Positions 20,422-29,674 of a stretch of 64,000 bases of DNA are shown piece by piece. How positions within the stretch are numbered: position 1 is the stretch's first letter; the number at the start of each line of letters is the position of its first letter. Under the pieces are notes generated by a model, which was given only the letters and a program-made list of their open reading frames with translations, ran no database searches and was not told where the DNA came from. Origin of the DNA: Fibrobacteria bacterium (lineage in GTDB: Bacteria > Fibrobacterota > Fibrobacteria > UBA11236); contig JAYTHY010000050.1 in assembly GCA_043732185.1 (NCBI GenBank), forward strand, positions 4,067 through 68,066. Reading direction: 5' to 3'. The position numbers and the translations under genes are program-made.

Positions 20422-21351
20422 CTATTCTCCATGGTTGTGAATGTGGTAGGTAAAATCAAAGTCATTGAAATTGAACCAGCTTTCATGTGCCTGCATCTTG
20501 TATTGCAAGCCTGGACTATCGCCCTTTTGCACTTCAAATGAATAGGCTTTCGGCTGTTCTTCCAGTTCGCGAACCCAACGGCCGCGCTTGTCCACGGCTC
20601 CATGCACGAGGGTAAGCGTGTGTTTGCCCACCGGAATATTTCCTTGAAACAGCACATAGTAGCGGTTTAAGGCATCGACCACTCCGCTGACGCCCAATAG
20701 GGAATTGTCGAGATAGATACGCACCTTCTGATGGGGAATACTGGATTCGGACAAAAGGGAAACCATCATTTTGTATTCGATTTGCAAGGGACAACTGTCT
20801 ACCATAGGTTTAACAGCCACAGGAGAAATGGGAAGCACCGAATTTTTGCCTCCTTCTTTACCGAGTGCGAGTGCATTTAGTTTTAGGCGAAGCTGTTTTC
20901 CAATTTCAGGAATGATATCCTGAATATTTTGTTTGGGACAGGAGGCACTGGCGGCCACGTTTATTTTTCCGGTTTGCACATCGATGGCGCGGACATCCAA
21001 ACGGTATTGCTCTCCCACCCGGTTGAAGGCACCGAAAAGTATGCCATCCACTCCCAACCATTTTCCCAGTTCTAGATTGCGTTCCTGAGTCAGTCCAGAA
21101 GTTTCCAGCTTCAATGCTTTCATTGCGGTTTGCACTTTGGTGCGTTCCACTAATTTCACATCCCCCGATTCCATCAGTTCCGTAATAAGCATGTCCGGCA
21201 TTCCATCTACAAAGGCGGTAAACTCACCGGTATTGTTAACGATGTCCATCACGGCCAACATAGTCTCCGTTTTCGGAGGAGGTACCGTGGCGGCCAGACT
21301 GGTGGGCGCCAATCTAGAGAGGAGAAGCAAGATCAAAGTTGTAATGCGCAT
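20422..21351 (-). CDS. CsgG/HfaB/FlgO-like exported protein with C-terminal beta domain
   Basis: Signal peptide; LAVMDI.N...DMLITEL...VKLVER...LGKWLGVDGILFG...RLDVRAIDVQTGKI (CsgG/TolB-N fold signature). Start taken at ATG 21351. Confidence 0.8.
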   Translation of the reverse strand: MRITTLILLLLSRLAPTSLAATVPPPKTETMLAVMDIVNNTGEFTAFVDGMPDMLITELMESGDVKLVERTKVQTAMKALKLETSGLTQERNLELGKWLGVDGILFGAFNRVGEQYRLDVRAIDVQTGKINVAASASCPKQNIQDIIPEIGKQLRLKLNALALGKEGGKNSVLPISPVAVKPMVDSCPLQIEYKMMVSLLSESSIPHQKVRIYLDNSLLGVSGVVDALNRYYVLFQGNIPVGKHTLTLVHGAVDKRGRWVRELEEQPKAYSFEVQKGDSPGLQYKMQAHESWFNFNDFDFTYHIHNHGE

Positions 21352-21382
21352 GGTATTTCCTTTGGCCAAAGACAGGTAGCAG

Positions 21383-22447
21383 CTATTTCTTGAAGTAATT
21401 TTGGAGACGGTCAAAGACAGTAGCCATCGGAATCACACCAACAAAATTGGCATGCAATTTCATTTCATCATCATGGGTATCGATGTTGTAAAAATGGCGT
21501 ATTCCGGAATCCATGCACAACCAGTTTCGGATGTAGTAACGGATGCCAAGATTGTTTTCCATGGCCAAATCGGAATGGATTCGACCTGCGCTTAAGGAGG
21601 AAACATCGGTCGGGTGCAATACTTTGAATTCGTACATGAATAGGGTTTTTGGATGCGACTGCCATGACAAACCGAGCCTGGGATTTATTTTAGTGGTCTC
21701 AAAGCCTTTACCCATATCGACAACGCCGTCAATGGCAGTGACATGATCCCGGATAATCTGAGCGCCGGGATGCAGGCTTAGCATATTATCGCCAATATGG
21801 AATGACTTGGAAAAAACCACCTCATACAAATCTTCATTCATCGTGTACACAGGAAAATCAAGGGGTCGGAAGGAATTGCGAAGGTTTTTACTGGCGGAAA
21901 TGGAAGCAGCTGGAAGAAATTTGGATTCTTTCAGGAGAGACAATTTGAAATATCCCATGAGGATTTTGTCGGAAATATTCTGAACCGTATAATACTCCCC
22001 AAGTTCATACCCCAGCTCCATAATGCCTCCCAGGCCAAGCGATAATGAGGTTTTAAACTGTTGCGTACTGAAATTGGCCAAAGTGGAGTGAATGTTCCCC
22101 TGTCCGCCAAAACGCAGTTCATAGGATTGCAGGGAATAGGCGGTTGGCAAAGTAAATAACCGGGGAAGCAAGTAGGGATGCGATGTTTCAATACTCGCCA
22201 CTTCCCCGGTGCTGCTCTCTTCATCCACACTGGTGTTTAAATCTTTTTCCACAGTGGAATAATTCTTTTTAGTAGGGATTAGGCGAGACGGAGCCTGCTC
22301 TTCTCCAGAGTTTTCCGAATCGGATAATACCGAATTGGAACTGGCGGACTCTCGAAGGCCATCCTGCCTAGTCTGCGCCGAAAGGTGGGTTATGGTAAGA
22401 CCTGCGACGAACAGTGGAATAGAAAGTATGGTCGACAAATTTTTCAT
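21383..22447 (-). CDS. Putative outer-membrane beta-barrel protein (YjbH-like)
   Basis: Signal peptide, Ser/Glu-rich linker, RLFTLPTAYSL plug-like motif and alternating aromatic beta strands; GGAGA RBS. Confidence 0.6.
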   Translation of the reverse strand: MKNLSTILSIPLFVAGLTITHLSAQTRQDGLRESASSNSVLSDSENSGEEQAPSRLIPTKKNYSTVEKDLNTSVDEESSTGEVASIETSHPYLLPRLFTLPTAYSLQSYELRFGGQGNIHSTLANFSTQQFKTSLSLGLGGIMELGYELGEYYTVQNISDKILMGYFKLSLLKESKFLPAASISASKNLRNSFRPLDFPVYTMNEDLYEVVFSKSFHIGDNMLSLHPGAQIIRDHVTAIDGVVDMGKGFETTKINPRLGLSWQSHPKTLFMYEFKVLHPTDVSSLSAGRIHSDLAMENNLGIRYYIRNWLCMDSGIRHFYNIDTHDDEMKLHANFVGVIPMATVFDRLQNYFKK

Positions 22448-22497
22448 TTTATTCTCCTTGGTTAAATTTGTTGTTCTTTAGCATGCTATTTGACTAA

Positions 22498-22514
22498 TGC
22501 AATAGACATGCCAA
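22498..22514 (-). promoter_or_regulatory. Sigma54 (-24/-12) promoter
   Basis: The minus strand reads TTGGCAT-GTCTA-TTGCA, matching TGGCAY-N5-TTGCW, about 50 bp upstream of ATG 22447. Confidence 0.8.
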
Positions 22515-22549
22515 GGCGATATATGGGGTTTTAGCCCTGATCCTTCGGG

Positions 22550-23170
22550 ATGCTGCGCACGAGATTGCGCAGGATGCGCAGGTTGGACAGTTCCAAACCT
22601 CAGCATCGTTTTATGAAAACATGTTTTACATTTCATCCCTATATGCATAATATCAAATCCAGAGTGTCCGGTTACCTTTTCACATCGCGGAACGTATCCA
22701 ATCCATCGCTCAAAACTTTCCCTCTATTTTTTCCGCGTCGACTATTTTTCCTTTACTCTTTATTGGCAGTAGGCTTCCTATCGCTGGCACATCCCGCCAA
22801 AGCGGACGAGCGCATGAATGGAATGGTGGGACTGTTCTACAGTAGCTACAATAAAATTGGATTCGAGTATGATCTCATCGCTCAATTCCAAAAAAGCAAA
22901 GAATGGATGGGCAACATCTCCGGACTTTACGTCTCGGATGAAATCTATCCTAGGGCCAATCGCCTGGGATTGGGATTTGCCTTGGGCCAACGCGTGGATG
23001 AAAAGGGTACTTTTGCTGCGTGTGTGACAGGATTCGGCGAAAACCGATTCAGTCGCTTATCCAAAATTGATTGGGGCGCGGAAGCCAAGGTTACGCTAGC
23101 CATTTTTGGCATTAAGGTAGGCCTCATCAATAAGGAAACACTTTTCCTGGAAGCCGGACTAAGCTATTAG
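22550..23170 (+). CDS. Small exported beta-strand-rich hypothetical protein (true start probably downstream)
   Basis: Signal-like LFFLYSLLAVGFLSLAHPAKA followed by amphipathic strands ending in the aromatic residue Y (FLEAGLSY). Confidence 0.55.
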   Translation: MLRTRLRRMRRLDSSKPQHRFMKTCFTFHPYMHNIKSRVSGYLFTSRNVSNPSLKTFPLFFPRRLFFLYSLLAVGFLSLAHPAKADERMNGMVGLFYSSYNKIGFEYDLIAQFQKSKEWMGNISGLYVSDEIYPRANRLGLGFALGQRVDEKGTFAACVTGFGENRFSRLSKIDWGAEAKVTLAIFGIKVGLINKETLFLEAGLSY

Positions 23171-23174
23171 AGTT

Positions 23175-23774
23175 TTAGTCCTTGATCTCCTTTAAAGCTT
23201 TTTCAATACGCTGATCCGGTATCAGCCACATTATCGCGACCATAACATAGAGCGCACCAGAAATCCAAGTGGACACAAAGGCCGAAGGAATCGCCACTAA
23301 ATAGGAGAAAAGCGAAACCGTTCCTTTGATGTCCTTGCCCATGGCTTTTGCTAGCAGTGATTCACTGCCATGGTGTTTGATAAGACTTCGGCTGAGAATA
23401 TTAAAGGCGAATCCAGCAAGTAAGAGCACCACTCCATACAGGGCTACCGGCCATGCGGCGAAATGATTTTCACCCATCCAACCTGTGACAAACGGGACAA
23501 GGGACAGCCAAAATAACAAGTGCATGTTGGCCCATAGAATTTTGCCGTTGACGCGATGGGCCGCCTGCAAAAGGTGATGGTGATTATTCCAATAGATGCC
23601 GACAAAAACAAAACTAAGCCCATAGCCTAAAAAAATCGGTAGGATAGGCTTGAGCGCCGCAAGGCTGCCTTCATGGGGAATTTTCAATTCAAGTACCATA
23701 ATGGTAAGTATAATGGCAATGACACCATCGCTAAACGCTTCCAGTCGACCTTTATGCATACCCACTCTTTCCAT
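23175..23774 (-). CDS. TMEM175-family potassium channel
   Basis: RLEAFSDGVIAIILTIMVLE, YWNNHHH, LFWLSLVPF. Confidence 0.95.
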   Translation of the reverse strand: MERVGMHKGRLEAFSDGVIAIILTIMVLELKIPHEGSLAALKPILPIFLGYGLSFVFVGIYWNNHHHLLQAAHRVNGKILWANMHLLFWLSLVPFVTGWMGENHFAAWPVALYGVVLLLAGFAFNILSRSLIKHHGSESLLAKAMGKDIKGTVSLFSYLVAIPSAFVSTWISGALYVMVAIMWLIPDQRIEKALKEIKD

Positions 23775-23831
23775 AATTTTTCTTAAAAATTAGTTATTGT
23801 ATATTCAGGATTCATACCCGTGGAGAAATCG

Positions 23832-24848
23832 ATGTCCAAAGCAATTCTAAGCACCGCTCCCCTTGGCTTTCCCTGGCAACCGTCAGATCCTTTTTTATTC
23901 TGCGCGTACCACAATGATGCCTACCCCGCTGGCAATGAAGATATGGGTCCCACGGCTTCCCTGGCGGGACGCAATATCGGCAGTGACTTCGCAGGCAAGG
24001 ACGGCTGGCGGATGTATCACGGGGAGACCGTGCCGGGCTTTCCGCCTCATCCCCATCGCGGCTTTGAAACGGTGACGATAGTGCGGCAGGGTTTAATCGA
24101 TCATTCTGATTCCTTGGGAGCAGCAGCCCGTTTTGGAAATGGAGATGTTCAGTGGATTACTGCCGGTAAAGGAATCGTTCATTCGGAAATGTTTCCTTTG
24201 CTCAACCGTACGGCGCAAAATCCTGCGGAGCTTTTCCAAATTTGGATGAATCTACCCAAGGCCGATAAGATGACGGATCCTCATTTTGTGATGATTTGGA
24301 AACAGGATGTTCCTGTGAAAAAAGTGCTTGACGAAGCAGGCCGTAGCACAACAGTTACTGTCGTTTCTGGAAGTTATGCCGATATTGTGCCCCCGCCTCC
24401 ACCGCCGCACTCCTGGGCTGCGCATCCTGATTCCGATGTGGCCATTTGGACCATCCGCATGGACCCGTCCGCACAATGGAAATTGCCTCCCGCGACACGG
24501 GGAAGCAACCGAATGCTATTCTATTTCAAAGGCAAAACCTTACGTACCGAGGATCGGGACATCCCTTCGCAAACCAGTCTTACGCTAAACCCTGAGAGCG
24601 AATTGCTTCTGGTAAATGGATCCGAGGAATCGGAATTGCTGCTTTTGCAAGGCCGACCGATCGGGGAACCGGTGGTTCAACACGGGCCATTTGTCATGAA
24701 TACCCGTCAAGAAATCGAACAGGCTTTCGCAGACTATCAACGTACGCGTTTTGGAGGTTGGCCTTGGCCCAGCGAAGAACCCGTGCATCCGCGCGCAGAA
24801 ACCCGTTTTGCCAAGTTCCCGGACGGTCACGTCGAACGGCCGACTTAA
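23832..24848 (+). CDS. Pirin-family protein
   Basis: DPFLFC, GFPPHPHRGFETVT, HSDS, GIVHSEMF, QHGPFVMNT. Confidence 0.95.
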   Translation: MSKAILSTAPLGFPWQPSDPFLFCAYHNDAYPAGNEDMGPTASLAGRNIGSDFAGKDGWRMYHGETVPGFPPHPHRGFETVTIVRQGLIDHSDSLGAAARFGNGDVQWITAGKGIVHSEMFPLLNRTAQNPAELFQIWMNLPKADKMTDPHFVMIWKQDVPVKKVLDEAGRSTTVTVVSGSYADIVPPPPPPHSWAAHPDSDVAIWTIRMDPSAQWKLPPATRGSNRMLFYFKGKTLRTEDRDIPSQTSLTLNPESELLLVNGSEESELLLLQGRPIGEPVVQHGPFVMNTRQEIEQAFADYQRTRFGGWPWPSEEPVHPRAETRFAKFPDGHVERPT

Positions 24849-24861
24849 CGAAAGGGTCGTC

Positions 24862-25689
24862 TTATTTTCCTATTACTACCGAAGTCATGGACAAGGAACC
24901 GGCCACAGGGCCTTCGTTGAAAAGTTCCACGGCTTCGCCTTTTTCCTGTAAACCCAATATATACAGCAACGGATAATAATGGTCCGGTGTGGGGACGGAT
25001 AGGCGCGCCGGTTCTCCGAAATTCCGGTAGTCGATCAGCGCCTGATGGTTTCCGCTTAAAATGTTTTCTCGGCAATAATCATCCATTTTCACCGCCCAAT
25101 CAAAGCCGAAGGCCTCATCGATACGATTGAAGTCCACTCTACCCAAATTATGAACCATGTTGCCGCTACCAATGATAAGCACGCCATCGTTTCGCAGCAC
25201 TTGAAGCTGCTTTCCCAAGTCATAGTGAAATTGAGGCAGTTTTGCGTAATCGATACTCAATTGCACCACGGGAATACTCGCCTCTGGGTACATTTTATTC
25301 AATACAGACCATGTTCCATGGTCAAGCCCCCATTCCTCGTCCAATCCAACCACCGGTTGCTTGATGCGATTACAAATAGCTTCAGAAAGTTCCGGGCTTC
25401 CTGGAGCGGGATACTGGACATTGAATAGTTTCTGCGGGAACCCTCCGAAATCATGGATGGTTTTAGGATGTAACGCATGAGTGACGTAACTGCCCCGCGT
25501 CAACCAATGCGCGGAGATGCACAATATGGCTTTTGGGGTTGGGATAGATTTGGCCACCCGCTCCCATTCTTTGGTAAAGCGATTGTCCTCAATGGCGTTC
25601 ATGGGCGAACCATGGCCTACAAAAAGAGCCGGCATACGGGAAAAAGCCCCAGTGGACGGCACATTGAGTAAATTCCCTCCTAAATCCAT
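24862..25689 (-). CDS. ygiD: 4,5-DOPA dioxygenase extradiol (LigB family)
   Basis: LFVGHGSPMNA, ISAHW, IHDFGGFP, GLDHGTW, SGNMVHNL, PTPDHYYPL. Confidence 0.92.
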   Translation of the reverse strand: MDLGGNLLNVPSTGAFSRMPALFVGHGSPMNAIEDNRFTKEWERVAKSIPTPKAILCISAHWLTRGSYVTHALHPKTIHDFGGFPQKLFNVQYPAPGSPELSEAICNRIKQPVVGLDEEWGLDHGTWSVLNKMYPEASIPVVQLSIDYAKLPQFHYDLGKQLQVLRNDGVLIIGSGNMVHNLGRVDFNRIDEAFGFDWAVKMDDYCRENILSGNHQALIDYRNFGEPARLSVPTPDHYYPLLYILGLQEKGEAVELFNEGPVAGSLSMTSVVIGK

Positions 25690-25846
25690 GATTGTCTCCC
25701 CGTTGCAGTAAATTGTGACTATTTAGAAATTTGTTTTGACTCAATAGGCCCTGATACTATTGGCTATTTCGATATAAAAAGCTATTCTGCACGTTCCGCC
25801 AACGGTTCCATCGATTTCCGGTACGGCCAATTCATTTAGGAGCATC

Positions 25847-27538
25847 ATGTCTAAAGTCCTTTTCACTGCATTACCCCTTTCCAAGGAAACCCTCAAGAGC
25901 ATTGAGGAAATGGGATTCGAAATTGCCACCACTATTCAAGGTGAGGCCATTCCTCCCATCATGGAAGGCCGCGATGTCATTGGGACATCGAGCACGGGGA
26001 CTGGAAAAACCATCGCCTTTGCCGTACCCGCGGTAGAAAAAATTGATGCTACCAAGAATGTTTGCCAAGCCCTTATCCTCTGCCCAACGCGTGAACTGTG
26101 TATACAAGTGGCGGAACAAGTAGGAAAAATTGGAAAGCACAAACGCAATCTGTACGCGCTACCCATTTACGGCGGGCAGGCCTATGATCGCCAACTCCAT
26201 GGATTGAAGCGCGGCGCACAAATTGTGATTGGAACACCAGGACGACTGATTGATCATCTCGAGCGCGGGAGCTTGAAGCTCGACCAAGTTAAAATGGTGG
26301 TGCTGGATGAAGCTGATGAAATGTTGGACATGGGCTTCCAAGAGGATATGGAAAAGATTCTCAGCCATGTGCCCGGCGATCGGCAAACGGTGCTTTTTTC
26401 CGCAACCATGCAGCCCGGCATCCGTAGGCTCGCAACAAAATTCCTAAAGAACCCGCTTACCATTAAATCTTCCATGGAAGCCATGTCGGTTCCAGCCATT
26501 GAACAAGCTTATATGGAAGTGCGCGGGCCGATGAAACTCGAAGCTTTAACACGAGTTCTTGATTATCATCGCGTTAAACTCGGCATCGTTTTCTGCAATA
26601 CCCGAATTGGTGTAGATGAGCTCGTTGAGCATTTGCAGGCACGCGGGTATTCCGCTGAAGGGCTTCATGGCGAGCACAAACAAAACGTGCGCGATCGTAT
26701 CATGGCTAAATTCCGTTCCCGCACCGTGGAGATTCTAGTAGCCACCGATGTGGCTTCACGCGGGATCGATGTCAAAGACGTGGAAATGGTGGTCAACTAT
26801 GATCTGCCTAAGGACACGGAAGACTATGTCCATCGCATTGGCCGCACCGGAAGGGCAGGCAAGAAAGGTTTGGCTTTGAGCTTCGCCTCTGGGCGGGATC
26901 TATTTCGTCTGCGCAATATCGAAAGTTTTTCAAAAATAAAAATCCCCCGCCGCGCGGTACCCACTTTGGATCAAGTGGAAACGGCCCAACATACCATTTT
27001 GCTCGATAAAATCCGGGAAATCATTTCGGCTGGAGGATTGGACCGGTATTCCGTTTTGGTCGACACATTAGTCGAAGGGGATATTACCGCTTCGGACGTC
27101 GCCAGCGCATTACTCAAATTGACGTTGCCGGAAGCGATTGTTCCTCAAGAGGAATCTTTCCAGAAAGAACGCGGATTCGAAGGCGCTGGGAATTTCAGCC
27201 CCGATCGCAAATTCAATAAGGAAAAACGCTTTGAAGGCAGCGAGGATAGACCGGCCTTCAAACGCGGAGACAAGGAATCCCGTAGCTTTGATACGGGAGG
27301 CCCCTCGGCCAAATTATTTCTCAATGTGGGGCGCATGCAGGGTGTCTTGCCCAAGGATATTCTAGGAGCCTTGGCCGGCGAAACCGGGATTCCCGGCAAA
27401 TCCTTTGGGAATATCAGCGTGCAGTCCAAGCACACAGTAGTCGATGTTCCAGAAGACAAATTCGATACCATTGTCGAGGCTTTTAAGAAGGTGCGCATCA
27501 AGGGTGTGCCCGTTAAAGCCCGGCGGTTCGAAACCTAA
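25847..27538 (+). CDS. deaD: DEAD-box RNA helicase with DbpA-type C-terminal RNA-binding domain (DeaD/CsdA-like)
   Basis: TGTGKT, PTREL, TPGR, DEAD, SAT, HRIGRTGRAG and a C-terminal LFLNVGR...DILGA domain. Confidence 0.9.
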   Translation: MSKVLFTALPLSKETLKSIEEMGFEIATTIQGEAIPPIMEGRDVIGTSSTGTGKTIAFAVPAVEKIDATKNVCQALILCPTRELCIQVAEQVGKIGKHKRNLYALPIYGGQAYDRQLHGLKRGAQIVIGTPGRLIDHLERGSLKLDQVKMVVLDEADEMLDMGFQEDMEKILSHVPGDRQTVLFSATMQPGIRRLATKFLKNPLTIKSSMEAMSVPAIEQAYMEVRGPMKLEALTRVLDYHRVKLGIVFCNTRIGVDELVEHLQARGYSAEGLHGEHKQNVRDRIMAKFRSRTVEILVATDVASRGIDVKDVEMVVNYDLPKDTEDYVHRIGRTGRAGKKGLALSFASGRDLFRLRNIESFSKIKIPRRAVPTLDQVETAQHTILLDKIREIISAGGLDRYSVLVDTLVEGDITASDVASALLKLTLPEAIVPQEESFQKERGFEGAGNFSPDRKFNKEKRFEGSEDRPAFKRGDKESRSFDTGGPSAKLFLNVGRMQGVLPKDILGALAGETGIPGKSFGNISVQSKHTVVDVPEDKFDTIVEAFKKVRIKGVPVKARRFET

Positions 27539-27596
27539 GTTACCCGGAATACTTAATCGTCCCAGCTACTCCGAATGGAATCATGCCTGATGGCAG

Positions 27597-28520
27597 TCAT
27601 GATGGACACAAATCCTTCAGCGCGTCGGGAAGGTTTGCAAATCGGAATTTGAATCCCTCCTGCAAAAGGCGCGCGGGCAAAACCCAGTGGCTGTTTACAA
27701 TTAATTCTGATTCCGTCCGCAAAAGTCTCGTTCCCAATTCCAGAATAAATAAGGGCGCAGGCAAACCAATAGGCATGCCAATAACCTGCCGCATTTCCCG
27801 CATGAATTCCGCATTTGTAACCGGGTTCGGCGCGGTACAATTGACAGCCCCTTCTACAGGATGGCTTTCCAGAAATCGGACGATCTCAAAAAAATCCATT
27901 TCATGTATCCAGCTGAACATTTGCTTTCCACCCGCTTGTTTCCCACCCAATCCGAATTTCGTGATATTTCGAAGCGGAATCATGGCGCCGCCCTGTTTCC
28001 CTAGTATGATGGAAATGCGCAATGCAACTCTGCGAGTACTGGGTAAATCACTTTCAAAAAAAGCCTGCTCCCATTTTTTGCCGACTTCAACGGTAAATCC
28101 CGTTCCAATTTCTCCGGTCCATTCATCCATGGGTTTATCGAAAGCCTGTCGATACAAGGACGCTGTGCTGGAATTGACCCACAGAGCAGGCGGCCGTTTG
28201 GATTGCTGGATGGCCTTAGCGAGCACAGCCGTTGAGTCGATTCTAGAATTCAATATTTCGCTGCGGTTGGTTGAATTAAAACGGCAATTTATGCTTCGAC
28301 CGGCCAAGTTGACTAATACGTCCGCTCCATCAATTTCATTTATCCAGCTTCCAAGGTTTTTTCCATCCCAGGTCACGAATCGTGTGCCATTTGATATTCG
28401 CGATGCACCTCGGCCTAATACCACAACTTCGTAGCCTACCTTTTGGAACTGTTCGCCCAAAAAGGTTCCCAAGAATCCAGATCCACCGGCTAGAACAATT
28501 CGCTTTTTGTGTTGTAACAT
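27597..28520 (-). CDS. TIGR01777-family NAD-dependent epimerase-like oxidoreductase
   Basis: AGGSGFLG, VNLAG, SRIDST, LGG...G.Q.FSWIH, PNPVTN. Confidence 0.92.
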   Translation of the reverse strand: MLQHKKRIVLAGGSGFLGTFLGEQFQKVGYEVVVLGRGASRISNGTRFVTWDGKNLGSWINEIDGADVLVNLAGRSINCRFNSTNRSEILNSRIDSTAVLAKAIQQSKRPPALWVNSSTASLYRQAFDKPMDEWTGEIGTGFTVEVGKKWEQAFFESDLPSTRRVALRISIILGKQGGAMIPLRNITKFGLGGKQAGGKQMFSWIHEMDFFEIVRFLESHPVEGAVNCTAPNPVTNAEFMREMRQVIGMPIGLPAPLFILELGTRLLRTESELIVNSHWVLPARLLQEGFKFRFANLPDALKDLCPS

Positions 28521-28635
28521 GATGAACCCTGTTCAAATAATAACTTGACAGACCTTGGAGATCACGGGATATTTTGAACATGCTCAAAATTGAACATCCT
28601 GGAAATGCCTCCAAGTAAATTCCCAGGAAAATAAA

Positions 28636-29046
28636 TTGCTCATATATGCACAAGTACTGATGGGCGCTTCCATAGTTGTGGGCGGGATAGCTTCCGCAAT
28701 GGCTTTGTTTGGGCGCTATCGGACGCTTCCAGGCTTCCTAACTGGCCCCACCATCTGCAAATTAGAAGCGGGAGGATGTCAGGCGTTGTTTCGCACACGT
28801 AATGCGGCACTGCTAGGCATCCCTAATTCCGCTCTAGGTATTGCGTACTATGGCATGATGGCGGTGGGACTGCGAATGCAATGGCCACTTTGGATTTTAT
28901 GGATCGGATCTTGTCCAGCTCTTGTAATGTCGATCGTGTTAGCGTGGGTTCTTTTGCGTAACCGATTGGAATGCCGGATTTGTTGGACAAGCCATTGTTG
29001 CAACCTTGCAATATGGACAACGTTACTTTTCCAACTACATCTGTAG
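28636..29046 (+). CDS. Vitamin K epoxide reductase (VKOR) family protein
   Basis: C..(x6)..C loop pair, LLGIPNSALG, and the CRIC CxxC motif in a 4-TM protein. Confidence 0.85.
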   Translation: MLIYAQVLMGASIVVGGIASAMALFGRYRTLPGFLTGPTICKLEAGGCQALFRTRNAALLGIPNSALGIAYYGMMAVGLRMQWPLWILWIGSCPALVMSIVLAWVLLRNRLECRICWTSHCCNLAIWTTLLFQLHL

Positions 29047-29547
29047 GTCAATGGAATTGTCGATCAGCTCGCGTGGCCGGCTCATAGAAAAATTGACTCT
29101 TTGGATCAGATCAATTTTAAGTTGGGCCAACTCTTCCCATCGGCATACCACCGCATATCCGCTGTCAAAATTCCTCTGCATGCGATTGGGTAGCACGGGT
29201 TGATGGTCGCTCTGAGATGGATTATCAGGAAGGATGACGCCCAGTAGCCCCATGCCTAGATCCAAAGCGGCTTTGATTTCCCAGTCCACATATTTATCCA
29301 AGTGCGTGCCGGAACCACACAGCAGGACCATGCAAGCCACCTCTTCAAGTGGACCCTGAGAAAGGTTTGTGACAAAGGACTCTGCATCGCCAGAACCGAT
29401 TTCCCTTTCCAAGGACTGATCCCTTTTCATCTCACTCAGCCAGGAAAAGAGTTTCTGAAAGGCTTCGAAAGCGGCCGCATCCCGGTAGTGATCGTAGCTG
29501 ATATAAATCCTTCGTTTGCTTCTTTGAAACAGTGATTGTGAATCCAT
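29035..29547 (-). CDS. ThsB-like / MTH538 TIR-domain protein
   Basis: RRIYISY, VLLCG..T..DKYVDWEIKAAL (catalytic Glu retained), GLLGVILP, LP.R, IDNS. Start taken at ATG 29547. Confidence 0.85.
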   Translation of the reverse strand: MDSQSLFQRSKRRIYISYDHYRDAAAFEAFQKLFSWLSEMKRDQSLEREIGSGDAESFVTNLSQGPLEEVACMVLLCGSGTHLDKYVDWEIKAALDLGMGLLGVILPDNPSQSDHQPVLPNRMQRNFDSGYAVVCRWEELAQLKIDLIQRVNFSMSRPRELIDNSIDLQM

Positions 29548-29674
29548 GCCGATAATATCCGAAAAAAGCTTGTCCTTGTCCGGTCCGAATAACTTTGGGC
29601 CTCGCCTGATACGGATTCGCCCAAGAAATTGGAGTATAATTCGTCTATATTCGGTACATCGTACTCCCACCCTT

